From Antedon mediterranea (Eukaryota; Animalia; Echinodermata), in NCBI RefSeq assembly GCF_964355755.1, contig NC_092678.1, positions 20,539,365-20,603,364 on the forward strand: a stretch of DNA of 64,000 bases. The letters run 5' to 3'. Under the pieces are notes generated by a model that saw only the letters and a program-made list of their open reading frames with translations, did not search any database and was not told the DNA's origin. The position numbers and the translations under genes were made by a program. Shown one piece after another: positions 1 to 14,200 of the stretch. The stretch's first letter is position 1; the number at the start of each line of letters is the position of its first letter.

Positions 1-479
1 CCACATATGGTAATAATATGACATCATCATGTATATTTATATGGGAACATCACTTTTTTTTGTCACATACAGTTTGATAGTGTAGACAGAGTTTAATAAT
101 TGAAAACAAAAGATCATGTTTAATACTCAAAGCCTTTTCTCCGATCGAAAAACTGACAACCTCAAATTCTTTAGTACACATTGCTAATTTGTATTTATTT
201 ACCAACAATACTTACTGGCTAAAGAAACTACATAACGATCGACGATAAATATGCATTTACATTTTCTTACATAAAACAAAAGAAATTTAAAACTATAATT
301 TAGAATGAAAACTTTTCTAATTTGTTTTGTTTTATATTATAAAAATACATATTTATCTATGTTATCGTTGGTCGCTATCGTCCTAGTATAAATGGACCTT
401 TACGATGATAAGTAACATTTTGTTATAGGCCCTACATAATAAATTAGTATTTAAGAAACACTTAGGCTTTTCAACTTAC

Positions 480-765
480 TTGATGATGGTCTGTAGCTGT
501 GCATTGCTCTGGCTGCGGAGTTTGTGTAGTAGCTCGTGTGGCTCATGTGATTTCCAGGCCCATCATACGTAGGGTAGAAAACATCTACCTCTTCAGACGG
601 CAAAATCTGTGATGAAGGATCTACGAAATTTAAGCCCGAAGATACATGCATTCTGTCGACTGAAGGCCCACTGGGTGCGTGCGGCGCGTGCGTGTCGTGG
701 GGCTGTCCGTTCACTAACATCCACCGGGTGGGCTCAGAAATAGCCGGTACATGTGACATTTCCAT
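480..765 (-). CDS. GATA1/2/3: First coding exon of a GATA1/2/3-class (GATAc-like) transcription factor; zinc-finger exons lie beyond the window start
   Basis: Translation MEMSHVPAISEPTRWMLVNGQPHD...VDPSSQILPSEEVDVFYPTYDGPGN...YYTNSAARAMHSY resembles the GATA2/3 N-terminus (QPRWM..LNxQHPD..QLLPPDEVDVFF..D.QGN..YY.N). ATG at 765-763, phase-1 donor A|GTAAGT at 479, acceptor T-run+CAG at 950-951, so the exon spans 949..480 including 5' UTR. Confidence 0.88.
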
Positions 766-2684
766 AGTTATCGGCAACCGAGTCACCTTCGCCTGACAGA
801 GGCGTGCTTTCGTGTTCTCTCTTACCGCGTCAGGTGAATACACGTTCGTCCACGTGTGTCGGGTGCATACGCGTATAGTTACTTAATTTCAAGTACAAAC
901 TAATTCTACCAATCACAGTCCAGTATCGTCAAGTACAAACAAAGTGTAACTGAAAAAAAAAAATTAGACAAATAACTATTAAGGATATATTTTTTTTAAT
1001 CTAATATTGACTATTTATATTCACTTCCTATCATTTCAATAATTACAAATTGCTAAACTAATTCAGGAAAAGTATGGATTGCTTATCGGCTAAGTGAATT
1101 AGGCTGGTTTAAGTACCCCTTACCAAATCCAGGGATATTAAAATCCATGTGTGTCGTAAAAGGTCAATTATCGTTGACGTAACAGCATTGTTACATAAAA
1201 TACACACAAATACAAACATCTAAGGAATCAAACACGTTAATACTATCATTTTGAAGTTTGGTTTATGTTCCGAAAAAAATGAAACACAGCCTGTTACAGA
1301 CCACCTTGGAAATTACCAGGACGAAACCGCAGTGTGTACAAGAGTGACCAAAATACGATGCTAACAATCATAAAAATATGCCTAACAATTATTTAATAAA
1401 TAAATGATCAATAAACACAAATTTTTAGTACAGTAGCAGGTTTTTAAAATTCAGTTCGTCCCAGGTTGATGAAAATGCTCAACAATAAGAATAAAAAAAT
1501 AACATTTATAATAAAAAATATCTTATTAATCTTTTTATGATCTGCTCGATGAATTAAAATGCACTATTTTGGGGACTTATTCCGTGAACAAGGTTTTATT
1601 TAATTGTTATCTTGCACGAAACAATTTTTAAATTACCGTAATTTATTCCTTTCTCGTTAAATAATTGTTATGCACTTTTAATGTTGGGAACGTAACTGTA
1701 ATATTCTGGTATCTTGCACGACATATGGCGTGTCACCGTTCAGAACAGTTTTTTCAGACTTTTTACATAATTTTATAAATACTGTAGTTTCGATAAATGT
1801 TTTATATTAGCTCGTACGAATACGTTATAAAATGTTATACATGTTGTAGAAAATAATGATTTAATAACACATGTGATTCGTTTGTCCTTGAAGTAGTTTC
1901 AACTAGATTGTTGTTGTCGTTGATAAAGTGTTAGAAACTTCAACTAAATTGAAAATAAACTAAATTTGAACACATCAAGTAGCTAATTAAGACGCGAAGA
2001 AACTTATAACAAGATAGTTTCATTTTCATTATTGAACTTTTTTTTATCAATTTCATCGAAATTTGCTGTGATATTCGATAGGAAACAAACATGTTGATTA
2101 ATCGTGTCATAGTTACATAGTATTACAACTAAAATAGATAATTATTTAAAGATTACAGAAATTTAACATTTCATCTGTCAGTTATATTCAAAATAAACAG
2201 CGACAGATACACAATTATTAATTCACAGTTGACAACGACTTTGATTGCAACTTCAAGTTTCGTTATTTATAATGATTTTAAAAACGCCTGTTTAAATATG
2301 TAAAAAAAATGAACGAATGTCATGAACAAAAACTTTCTAATCAGAAAGTAAAAACAGTTTAAAATGTCCTCTAGAGAAGAACATCGTATTTAAGTCCACA
2401 ATTCTATGCAGATTATAAGCTTGTTTTTTTCGGGCCAAGATAATTCGTTCTCGCGAATAGAAAGCGTTAGCTAACGCGCATGCGTTTATCATGTTTCTAT
2501 AACATTTTTGTGACGCGAAAAAAAAAACACGCAACCAATCAAAGTTCTTAAATGATCGACTTGCACAAATATATCTTGCTGGTGGAAACAATGGCATCCA
2601 TTTAAACATTTAGGCCTACATGATTTTATTTCAGATCATAATTATTTGACTACACATAGCGTTCGTAATTTACTGTGTATTTAT

Positions 2685-2946
2685 TGACCAATCACAAGCG
2701 ATGTCTTATTCGCTTGTGATTGGTAACTGTCTATAACTTCGCTTGTCATTGGTTAAAACGCTTGCGTTGCGTTTACGTCCTTGCGTTACGTTCTAGTGGG
2801 AACCAAGCTTAAGCTTGGTTCCTACTTCTTGGACGCGACGCAATGACAACATAGGCGCAACGCAAGTGAGTTGACCAACCAAGCGATAGTTCATATGGTC
2901 CATCACGTCGCCATTGGTCAATGGAAGTTAGTGGAAATCAAGCTTT
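2685..2946. mobile_element. Two abutting Harbinger-like MITE copies joined at CCAAGCTTAAGCTTGG
   Basis: TIR AAGCTTGGTTCC(C)ACT with ACGCAA subrepeats. The second copy 2811-2946 has both ends; fragments also near 19500-19590 and 48475. Confidence 0.6.
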
Positions 2947-4919
2947 ACCTTTTTTTTTTAAATATAAAATTAATTTGAATCCCACAAATTACAATGTAAC
3001 CTATCTTGAAATTACCTAACATTTGTCATTTTTTGTCCTCTTGTTTTGTCATTATTGCTGATAAATAAAACAAAATGTCAAATTGTCTTGATTGACGGAC
3101 ACACAGAAGTAGTTATATCGCGTCTCTGATTTTATCGGATATTTCAATCCACATCAACAATTATGATTAAATGATAATACTTAGTGAACGAGATAAAATC
3201 TACATGCCTAAAAGATACTTTACTTACAAATACCACTTCTACACTTTTGCTAAACGCTATACAATAATAGTGTTATATACAATGCGAATAATATGTGGAT
3301 TGATGTTTTTTATGTAAAAGGTTAAAAATGGAACGAAAGTTTTAAATGGTAAAGTTAAAAACCCCGCAAAATTGTGACATGCAATCAGAGTTTACGTTCA
3401 CAGTTATGTTTGTTTTCCGTTCACACTTCTTTTGATACATATTTTAAGACTTAAGTGTTGTTGAAATTATAGTTGACGAAAAGTTATAGTTTCCTAATCT
3501 GTCTTTCGTAAACATATATTCAGATAACACGTCACAAAACATAACACCTCCCCCCCCCCCGCCACCCCACAAAAATAAGCCGTGTTATCATATACCTTAA
3601 GTATCTTTTGATCCTTATTTAACGTTTTTCCGACCACCGAACATGCCTGCCTTTTCCAGATAAAGTTTTAAGAAACAAGTGGATACCTGTCTCACTGAAA
3701 CTCTTAACAAAAAGGCTTAATTAAACAATTATAATAATTTTTTTTAAAGTTACAAGTTGAAAAAGTTATGATGGCAGTATCTAGTGACCTACCTTCTGTA
3801 ACTAGTTCTGTCCAACTACCAACTTTACTCTAAAGTTATGAATCAATATATTTCATTTGTTTAGTTTCGTTATCAAATTATTATTAATCATAAAAATAAA
3901 TTCTCCTATAATTAACTTTATTTTTTATTTGTTTAGGTCAAGAGATATATTTTCGTTTTTAGATAATTTAGAATTACTAATTCAGGATTTATACGTTACG
4001 TTTTGTTTAAGGGCATATTATTTCTGTCACTGATTAGTCCTAATTAAAATTTGGCTTAATTATTGCTCATCTTTTTTATCACTGGGGATTTATTCCATAT
4101 CCTGCAGAACAGTCCTTTAAACGTTTTCTTTCTTCACTCTCAATATCTCAATATTATATCTACAGTGAGTTACATTGGATTTACATATGTTTTGCAGCGC
4201 TTAATTTCATGAATAAAGGAGATTTCTCCACCTATTTTTCTTGAAAGCTATAAACCTTCGGATTTATTGATACGTAAGAGCTTATTAGAGGTTGTTAGCC
4301 ATCTAATGTCATTCTTCTTATTATCCTGTACTGACTTACAGATAAACTAACTGATCTTGAAAAAATTGTTTAAATTATAAGTATTAGAATTCCATTAATG
4401 CAATGTTTTGAAAAGCAATGTTCTTTTTCAAAAAATTAGGTTTAAGCAATAATCTAAATGAAACAGTGTATTCCTTTGTTTGTTGTTTTCTAATTATTTT
4501 CAAGTTTTCATGTAGTGTTTTACTGTTTACATTTTAATCGGTTTATCATTAATATTTAGGCCTAACCTTTTAATCTCCCGGATTAGTATTTGTCCTTGAT
4601 TCGTAAAATAAAAAAACTACTATAAACCAATAGGCCTTTATTTGTTTTCTTATTGTTGTTTAGGTACCTTTTGAATTACTTTAGGTCAAACAACTATTTT
4701 AAAATGTTTACAATGATGCTTTTTATTTGTAATAAAGTGAGTTATTGTTTCCTTTGAATCTCATTTGAAGAAAACTGGTAAACTGTGCTCAAATTTAACA
4801 TAAGCCAAATGTACTTTTAAAGGTTCATCAATTTTTTTGCAAAGTTAAGATAATCAAAGAATGTATCAAAGAAATCAATCGGTTTTTTTTTTTTGCAAAG
4901 CTATTAAAAAAATCGAACG

Positions 4920-4921
<2 letters not shown>

Positions 4922-5003
<82 letters not shown>

Positions 5004-5060
5004 TATAATATATATAATATATATAAATATAATATATATAAATATAATATATATAAATAT
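4922..5060. repeat. (TA)n microsatellite with degenerate AT tail
   Basis: Direct reading. Other (TA)n tracts at 57265-57287 and 58128-58190. Confidence 0.95.
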
Positions 5061-7994
5061 TAGTTAGTTATAAAATAAATCGAGGGTGTTTGTTTTTTAA
5101 AAAGTTTGTTAACCTTATTAAAGAATTCGAACGGGTTTTTTTTGCAAAGTTATTAAAGCAATCGAACGCTTGTATATATTTAATAATTAAAATACCCCTC
5201 AGTCATTTTTGTTGTTTTAGAAATGATACACTATACTAGATGCATTTATGAATGTTATTTGACTCTGTTGGAAGCAAAAATCGAGGTAGAATAACCTAAT
5301 CGTGAGGACAACTTTTAAAATTAGATTTGTGTGAAACATTTTAGTTAGAACGTTACATATTTTACAAAATAGAAAGACAAAAACTAGGAAAACTGTGACA
5401 AATATTTTTCTGAAATGCAAATAAAGAATCAACTATAATCAGTTATTATAAAGAATGTATCCAATTCTCAGTGCTGTATCTACACATACTACAATAGTAT
5501 CATAGGAATATTTGGTAAAACAGCATCTCATTTGTATCACATGTGTTACCTGTATCAAGTAAGGTATGGTATACAATGCTGTATTCCTATTCCAAATATT
5601 CTGGAGAAAATTTACACATCCGAGAATCGGATGAATAGTCGACATTGTGTTTAGTAATACGTCTATAGATCCGTAAAGGAAAAATGTAATTCAAATTATA
5701 TACTACTGTATATTTTGTAACCTATTTCTACGGCAATGTAGACTTAAACTATCATATGTATTGATAATGTGAATAATACTTGATTTTCTATAGATCCGTA
5801 AAGAAAAAAGTATTTTTAAATTGTATTCGTGTATATCGTGTATATATTCCGTCATAACTGTATCTCTCTCAATATAGTTTTGTATATTCATTTTCAGACG
5901 GTTCTGTAGATAAAATCATTGACGTTTTTCCGTGTACGTTGGCTTTCTCAATTAAAATCGGAGACATACACAAGTGATGTGTATCCCCTTTAGCCAAATT
6001 ATTATTTTTGTGTTAATTCTTCTAAAGAGAGTTAGATTATACAAATAGTAACTGTGTGATAGTATGGTAAGCAGGTTTATTAATGATGCTAAACCAGAAC
6101 TGATAGACATACCTGGTGCATACTACCTACAAAATTTATAAAGATAATGTAAATTGTTCAAATATAGCAACACTGTTTTAGTGTGTTATACATATTGCAA
6201 AAAATGTAACAAAGCGCGGAAAATATGCTGTTTTTTGTTTTATATTTCGATCTGTTTAATTATTCAACTGGAGACCTTAATATTCATACGAATGGGTATA
6301 ATTGTTAGATTTAGTGTAACAGTATATATGTTAGCAGACCTTCTGCAGAGGCGATGGTGGTAGCGAATATAGTAGTGTAGTCATTTATGTAGAGCCGTAT
6401 TAACTGGTGTATAATATTAATATGAGAGATTATGTAAGGCCTACTGTCGACTAAGTGGTGTTATAGTGTTGTATTGTAGACGTGGCAGTAGTGGCGGCAG
6501 TAGCGGGGTAGCTAACATGGTGGTGTAGTAGCAGTATTAGTGGTTATAGGGGTCTATGAGTTGCTGTAGTGGCAGGTTTGGTTGTAGCGCTGTCAGGTGA
6601 TTTAAATAGTGGCGGAGTGCTGATTGTGTGGCACAAGTGAGCCTAAGTAGGGTTTAAACACGACACACACATGTGGGCCTATCGTAGTGAATCATTGCTA
6701 CTCTTATTGTAGGCCTACACTGTTTTGTTGATGCTGGGGAAAGAACATTAAATGGCGGTACGATGTTTCTTACTGCAGGAACAGTTCAGTAAATCAAATA
6801 CCGACAGTTTATGCCATAAGACACAAGACACATGTTTAGTAAAATTAGCAAGATAATTGAGTGAAACATTCTGTTTAAACAGAATACCAATGGCCTTCCT
6901 CTTCAAAGAATATGAAAGCGAAATATGCGAACGGTTTATGTTTTACGTTAATTGATTACTTTCTAGTATATAGAACAAACGTTTTAGGTAGGCCTGCATA
7001 TAAACAAAGAAACGTAACATTTTAAGCATATAAGGTATGATCATGGTTACTATAATACGGAACAATTCAATATAATGACGATAAAGGGTAGAATGTACAT
7101 TATGTAAGGATGCATAGAAAAAATAACCCAATGCAAAGTGACGATATTTTTTCTAATCAGGTAAAAAGGACAAAACGTAGGTTTATATATGCAAATAACA
7201 GGCCTACATTTTTAATCGTTTCCTTTTCCTATTCGGTCGAAAATCATAAATTTTAACTTTACTTCCCTTTTTCTGAACATGTATAGATATTATTTTGTAA
7301 TAGAAATGTATCTTTACAATAGAATCAATACAAAATAATAAGAGCTTACGAATAGGTTTGATAGGTTAAGTGATAACGGTTTATATACAATACGCTTTCG
7401 TTATATGAATTCCTTTTAAAGCGAACATTCGGACCCATATAAAATAACGGGAGATTATGATATGGAATTTGTTTATTATTTTAATATAAAGCCATAACAC
7501 GTACCAATAATATTAAAACGTTTCCTCTTCTGTCCAGTTTTTATATTTTTGTACTGTTATTATTATGAATACCGTACATATTTGATATTAGGGTAATGAT
7601 GTGTAGATTATTAGTAGACTTAAACCGTCATCACACATCTGATATCTATTAACATTAGTTCATCGTGAGAACCACAGTCAAATTAAACCGATAGATTAGA
7701 TGAGTTAAGTAGGCCTACGGTATAACCAATGTCAAGGGGACAATCATCTTCAGTACCATACCCAACAAAGGGTTGTTCCGGGCCTGGCGGTCTTTTTTTC
7801 CGTGTGCTAAAATGTCCCCTTGGTCGTTTGATAAGAAAGTGTCGCAAAGGGTTATCGCTGCATACGGTAGGCCTATTTGTTTGTTCTTATCATACTAAAA
7901 CTAAACAATTTATTTGATTTCAAATAGAAGAGTGCAGTTCAAAAAAATATAGTAAACTATCACTATAAAATAAAGAAATACTGTGTACACTTTA

Positions 7995-8088
7995 GATGAT
8001 ATCAATAATAGATGATATCAATAATAGATGATATCAATATTAGATGATATCAATATAAGATGATATCAATATAAGATGATATCAATAT
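7995..8088. repeat. 16-bp tandem repeat, about 6 copies
   Basis: (AGATGATATCAATAWW)n. Confidence 0.88.
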
Positions 8089-11000
8089 TCAACCCTAAAA
8101 AAAGTTTGATAAATTATACTGGAAGAATCAATGTTCAACACCAACATTAGCGTGCTTTATTTTTCTTTATTTTTTATTTTTTGCTAACTTATAATTAACT
8201 GGACTTTAATATAATTTATTATAAACACCCGGATGAAGGCGAGGGACTGATATATTCTCAAATATACCACACTACCACTGGATATTGTATACTAATTAAT
8301 TATTAATGTTGTTATAATTGTTAATCAATGTAAATAATTCAGTGTAATGAATGAGCATTATTAAATCGATTTAAAATAATCCTAGGCCTAGAGTAGATGG
8401 AAGCTAGGCACCCATCGCCATTAAATAGAGTTAAAATAGTTCTAGGCCTATAATATAAAGTAGATGGAAGTTAAGGCACCCAGTTTTATGTATAGAAAGT
8501 AGAAGTGATAAATTAATCTATACGGAAGTGTCGGATACAAGCATGATACATACTTAACATTTTAGAACTATTATTTAGAATTTGACCTACCTAACTTTGT
8601 AAACCTGTTCCTTACATCCAACGGTAATATAAGATTTTAAAAAATCCTCTTGAAAATAAGGTAATGTGAAGGTGTACAAATGTCCAAATAATATTGATGT
8701 TGACATGTGCGTACTGCGTATACGACTCGTTGATATGAAACGTATATGAGGTATTTAAAGATGAAAGAAGTTCAGTGTTGATGGTATTTGGTGCTGACTT
8801 GCTATCAAATCGCGCTCAACATGACAATACTAACAATCAACCAATCATAGTTCGCCAAAGCAACTTACTCTGTCGCGATTGGTTGAAACATTTTCACACT
8901 AGTTTAGCAGACGATCGACAGCAGCGGCTTGGTTTCATACGATAGCAATTTTATCCCATTCATAATTAATTCATTGGTGAACGATATTTTACCATAGTTT
9001 GATAATAATAACACCGCTGTGTTTGAAATTCGTTCACCTTTCTATTGTGTAACGGAATTGGAAGTATGCGTTCCATTCAAATGTATATATATTCAAAGCA
9101 AATAAAGTTCTTTATTTGTGTGATTTAGAAATAAATTTCAATTAGTCACAGTCGACAACGGACTTAATACCAACGTGCGGCAGATCAAATGCAATATTTA
9201 CCGCATTTTATTTGACGCATTCGGGCCACAACGAACTTTGTAAGTTTAATTGATAGCAATCAGCAGACAATAAAGAGGTTACTAAATAATTACAGAGTTT
9301 AACCCATGCTATAAATCATAGCTCTGTTATAATTCAACAATACCATTTTAAATATAACAATAATTATATTGATTGAGTGAAAACAAAAGTTGTTTAAATA
9401 CCAAAGAAGCAAAGACCAAAAACAAAGACTGAATTTATTCACAGCAGGAACATTTTCTGAATACAAGGTTGAGAGTCCCCATGCCCATCTCCTGGCGACA
9501 GAGTACAGTATATCAGTCAAAGAACAGCTTCCAATGGTTATCTGGGCGTAAGAATAAGAGGCCTAGCGATACCATATCTGAAACAATGAGACACAATATA
9601 TATCCCCTGTATTGTGCACTATTAAGAAGGGACTGCACTCCTAAGGCCCGGAGGTATCGATATCTCTGTTAAACTAAGTAAGCGTATTGAGGTGGGAACG
9701 ATCCCCAATAAACTATGTAGACATACACAATCACGAGACGGTACTCCTTAAGGCCATAATGTCTCGGTCCCTAATCACTAAACTAGACAATATTTAGGTA
9801 CTCCATGTGTCGTACGGTATCCTCCACCATCCCCACCCGCGCTCACCTCCTCTAGATAAAACTATGTAGGCCCAACAACATTTGAGGTACGAAAGGTACT
9901 CATCAAAGCCTTAGAGCCGCAGTACCCATATCCAGTCTAAGATATAATGTAGTCATGGCTTGTTTTCCAATATACGCGAATCGAAAGCGTACATGGTGTT
10001 CTTGTTGTGACCCGAAAAAAAACCTGACCTTAGAAATCTTCCATTCGCCTAGTAAAACTTACTTATGTACTGACGGTACCCACGGGAACCTAATGATCTA
10101 ATAACCTTAATTTAGTGCTACATCAATTCATTTCCATTTTCTGTTACGCACATTTTAAAATTAGACATTTGATACATATTTTTTCTAGAGCATCTTCATA
10201 CAAAAGTACATTACTCAATATTAAAATTATTTTTTTTTTACCATAACGTTTTTTTTTTATTAATTCAAAAATTGCTCAAATACGAACAGAATCTATTTGT
10301 TAACATATGACGACATTTCAATTTTCCAAATTATACTTGTACACCTTTATGTCTATTTACAAACAAAAATACATGTTTCCCTGAGGCCATGTTAGTCTAC
10401 AGTAAACCAGATGATATCTAAGAGTTGTATATCATGATTTGATATCATCTTTACATGTTTTGATAAAATTGTTATGTAATGGTATCGTGTTACCATACCT
10501 CACGCAATCCGAATCAAAATCTCAATTGATTATAGATAGTTATCCTAAGGTTTACCCATATGTATTACAAATATAGAAATCTGTATTTTTTACCATTTCC
10601 GTGACTTTCTAAAGAAATGCTTGATTGATGCACTTTTATATTTACAAAGTCGTAAAAGATACAAATCAAGATAATATTTTTTTTTTAATTTAACAGAATC
10701 TTTCTATGTTGCGCGTGCGTACAATTGAAACCTTTTCTACCGTAAAGGCGAAGGTCTTGCCCAATCGGATTTGAAAATTCCATTGAAATCTGTAGGGTTT
10801 GTTGATATGGTGATATGAATCTTATAGTATCTTGTGACGTCATGCTTGGATTTCACAATGCGTTCGTCCACAGAAAAATCCAACACTCTCCCTCATCCGC
10901 ACACCCTCATTTTAACCGTTAAAGATAATGTATCATTATTTTTGATTATTATTATTACTAATTAGTTTTATTGAAATTATTCAATTCAAATTCAAACCCA

Positions 11001-11146
11001 AATTATATAGAATCTCTGTGGCGACTTGATTTCATCATTTTATTGTTTCAAATTAATTAATTAAATTTCAGTATATCACCGGGCGGTTTAAAATTCATGT
11101 TCTGTGTCTGATGTGTTTATAATCGAGTTTGAACAATACCATGAAA

Positions 11147-11214
11147 GCCCCTGTGGTCTAATGGTTAGGACATCTGCATATCAAGCAGAAGGTTCTGGGT
11201 TCGAGTCTCACAGA
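11147..11214 (+). pseudogene. tRNA-derived pseudogene or SINE head between ~65-bp direct repeats
   Basis: GCCCCTGTGGTCTAATGGTTAGGAC..TCTGC/GCAGA..GGGTTCGAGTC; acceptor 3' strand incomplete; direct repeats at about 11039-11101 and 11225-11287. Confidence 0.55.
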
Positions 11215-14200
11215 TTTCCTCATCTTTATCGTTTCAAATTAATTGATTAAATTTCAGTACATCATCGGGCGGTTTAGAATGCATGTGTTTATATATTTAT
11301 ATTCTTGCGGAACGGACCGATTCTATTGCAAAGGGATAAGCAATCGTACATTAATTAAGCGAGCGTAAACCAGGTGATTTGTCTAACCTCTAATAAACTA
11401 GTTTTAACACTTTGTTGCCACGAGCCACGAGCGGTGTAATGTCTTTAGTTGAAATTGTGCGTTACCTTAGAAAAGTCCTTTTTTTACAGTTAAATACCAT
11501 AATACTGTTAATTCCATGTGTTTGAGATATTTATCAGAACCAATTGTAAACTTGAGAATTCTGTAAGCAGACTTCAAACGATCATCAAATAAATACAATT
11601 AAACGGATTATAAAAACACAAAGAGGACATGCATGATTTTTAAACTGTTTGGGACGACTGAATACAAATGCATTGATCAAGCCATTGTAGCTAGGCTTGG
11701 AATCATCGTAGCGTTAGCCCGGGGGCAGGTAAGGGCCGGTTCTAAAGCCGATTGACAGTCAGTAATTGACTAATATCGCGGTAGGCCTTTGATACCCTGA
11801 CTTATATGATTTTACCGACAAGCTGTCGCCTAGTCTGTGACGTCATCAATAATACGCTACCAGACGTATATACTCATATTTGATATTACACATTAATATC
11901 AATCTCATTTATTAGGCTAAATAAAAATGATTAATTTAAGTAAAACATAATACTGTATTATATATAAATGTGTGCCCAAATAGACTGCCATGGTCTAAGT
12001 TTTCCTGTTGAGGTATTTCGTCTTTTATCATATCTCCGTGGCTTGGTTGTACTATTGTTATATTTTTTATTACGTAACTTGTCTGATTTTGTTTGGTAAA
12101 TTTTACTTTGTTTGGTCGCAATTTGTACTGCAACATACGGTTGTTTCTACGACAACTCATCACTTTCAAATGTTTCTTAAACACTCGTTGTTTAGGCCAT
12201 GCCGTCCAAGTTATTGTTTACCTATCAATGTAGGCCTATACCAACCAACGATTGTGTTCACAACGCCTACTAAAACAAATAAAAGTTTTCTATGGATGGC
12301 ACGTCACTGAGTCAATATTGACAAAATGATACACGGTTGCATCGCTACAGGTCATAGTTGATCAAAATGTCACTTACAATCCAAAACGTTTATACCTCCA
12401 TGGTTTACCGAATACCTTTATAAAAGGTAATCTCCAATAAAGAACTAAACATTTTCTCTATATAGGCCTACTCTCTTCAAACTCTATATTCGGGATACGT
12501 TTCTGTAGTCATATACACACCTAGACAATAGTACTACCTTTCTGTTTGTGTCATTTTACTGTTATCCTATTGGTTTTTAAGTATTATTAATACTATGTAT
12601 AAGTATTTCAATTACGATTGCTCGATAGCTCGAGCTATTTAACACTTTTAAATGTTTTAACATCTAACTAAATTTTTAGCTGAATAATAATTATATTTCG
12701 GAGCATTTGGTTTCTGCTAGTTGGGTGTGTTGTATAGTAGTATGCAGAGTACCAACCAATGAAGAATGCCAGGCTATAACCTATATCATTTGGCTAAACT
12801 TATAGATTAGATAAATCACTTTACATAAGTTAATCCAAACAAAATCTTAGTCTGTAGCTTCCAATTACCTAACACGGATTTCGAAACTTATCTGAAACTA
12901 AAACGGCAATGAAATAAAAACACAGAGGAAACGTGGCTTCATATAAAAAGATTATTGACTTTTCAAATTAAGGTATTTATAATTGGAGAAATTTTATAAT
13001 TATTGATTTTAATCAAGTTATTAAATTAATTGGATTAATTAATCCAATGTCATATCGATGAATAAGTACAGGACGACAAAAAAAGGAAACGGTTGAGATT
13101 TGTTTGTTTTTTCAATTGGTTGAAAATTCTTTGTTATGTTTTGACTGTGACTTCTTGTTCTGAGTTTATTTCTTTAAGAATTGGTTTTAATTGTTGTATT
13201 AATTATGTCATATGTACTAAAAAAGGCGCACAGAACGACACTGACTATCACGATGGATCTTTACCGTAACCCTCACATTTTAAAAAGTGGAATAATGCTT
13301 TCAATTCACGTTTAAAATAATAAAATTAAAGAAATAAAATTAAAGAAAGTATTACATTTTTTAACACACATTATAAGTTTTGTTTACTAGTTTTAAATAC
13401 TATAGTTTACAATTGTAATACTTTTTATAGATAATCTACAAACTATCTGAAACACAACACGCAAGATGTTGGAATCAATTAATAATATTGTACTTTTCCA
13501 AACGGTTGAAAACTAATGCGTGCGTCGTTTTATCTTCCGGTTATTTCTCTATCCAGACATTATTAAATGCTGTCTCTTAATATATTCCTGCAATATAGAA
13601 AATGAAATGTAGTTTCAATAAGCAGAGTAAAATGGATCATCAACCGTTCGTTTTGCTTTCGCTTTGGCGCCAGGCCCCAAGGAGTTAGCGGGACAAGGAA
13701 CATTACCTAGAACACGTAACTGTGTTTCTTTACAGAAACAGTTATTAAAAGAAAATAATATGCAAATAACATCATAACATTGAGGCAGAAAGTTGGCGCG
13801 CGCGTACCTTTATCCTCAACAGTTTAACGTCGTGTTTTGTGTAGGCATATCCACGTTTAAACTTGCGCGTAGCGCGTATCTTTATTATCAACATTTTAAA
13901 GCGCGCGTACTGCGTACTGTTATTATCAATATTCTAACGCGCGTTGAAACGATTTGTGAACGTAAATTTAAATATGTCTGGAATAAGTCAAAAGGGATTA
14001 GAGTGAGTATAATACAAATAAATATTTTGACATTTTGAAAAGGTAATCAAAATTCATTTAAAAATTAATTTCATCATGTTTATTTTTGAAATTTTGATTA
14101 ACGTAATTTGTTTAGAGAGTTATGTAGACACAACAAGGGTTTTATAGGCAAACGTAGATAACACTTGTGTTGAAGAAAGACATACCTTTATTATAGTAAT

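Noticed and set aside
766-843. N-terminal 26 aa of the ORF-track call 451..843
   Set aside because: It begins at GTG. GATA similarity starts at ATG 765, and the C-terminal SKLKSLSVS is read-through past the donor at 479.
4861-5067. YIYIYI ORFs (also 58096..58296)
   Set aside because: Translation of (TA)n microsatellites.
6350-6640. G/T-skewed stretch (GTAGTG/GTGGCG-rich) as a coding or telomeric feature
   Set aside because: Low-complexity degenerate simple repeat with stops in the frames examined and no TTAGGG array.
7664-7671. Su(H)/CSL site CGTGAGAA (also TGTGAGAA at about 25712) as evidence of Notch control of GATA
   Set aside because: Isolated 8-mers are expected by chance in 30 kb; no paired-site arrangement seen.
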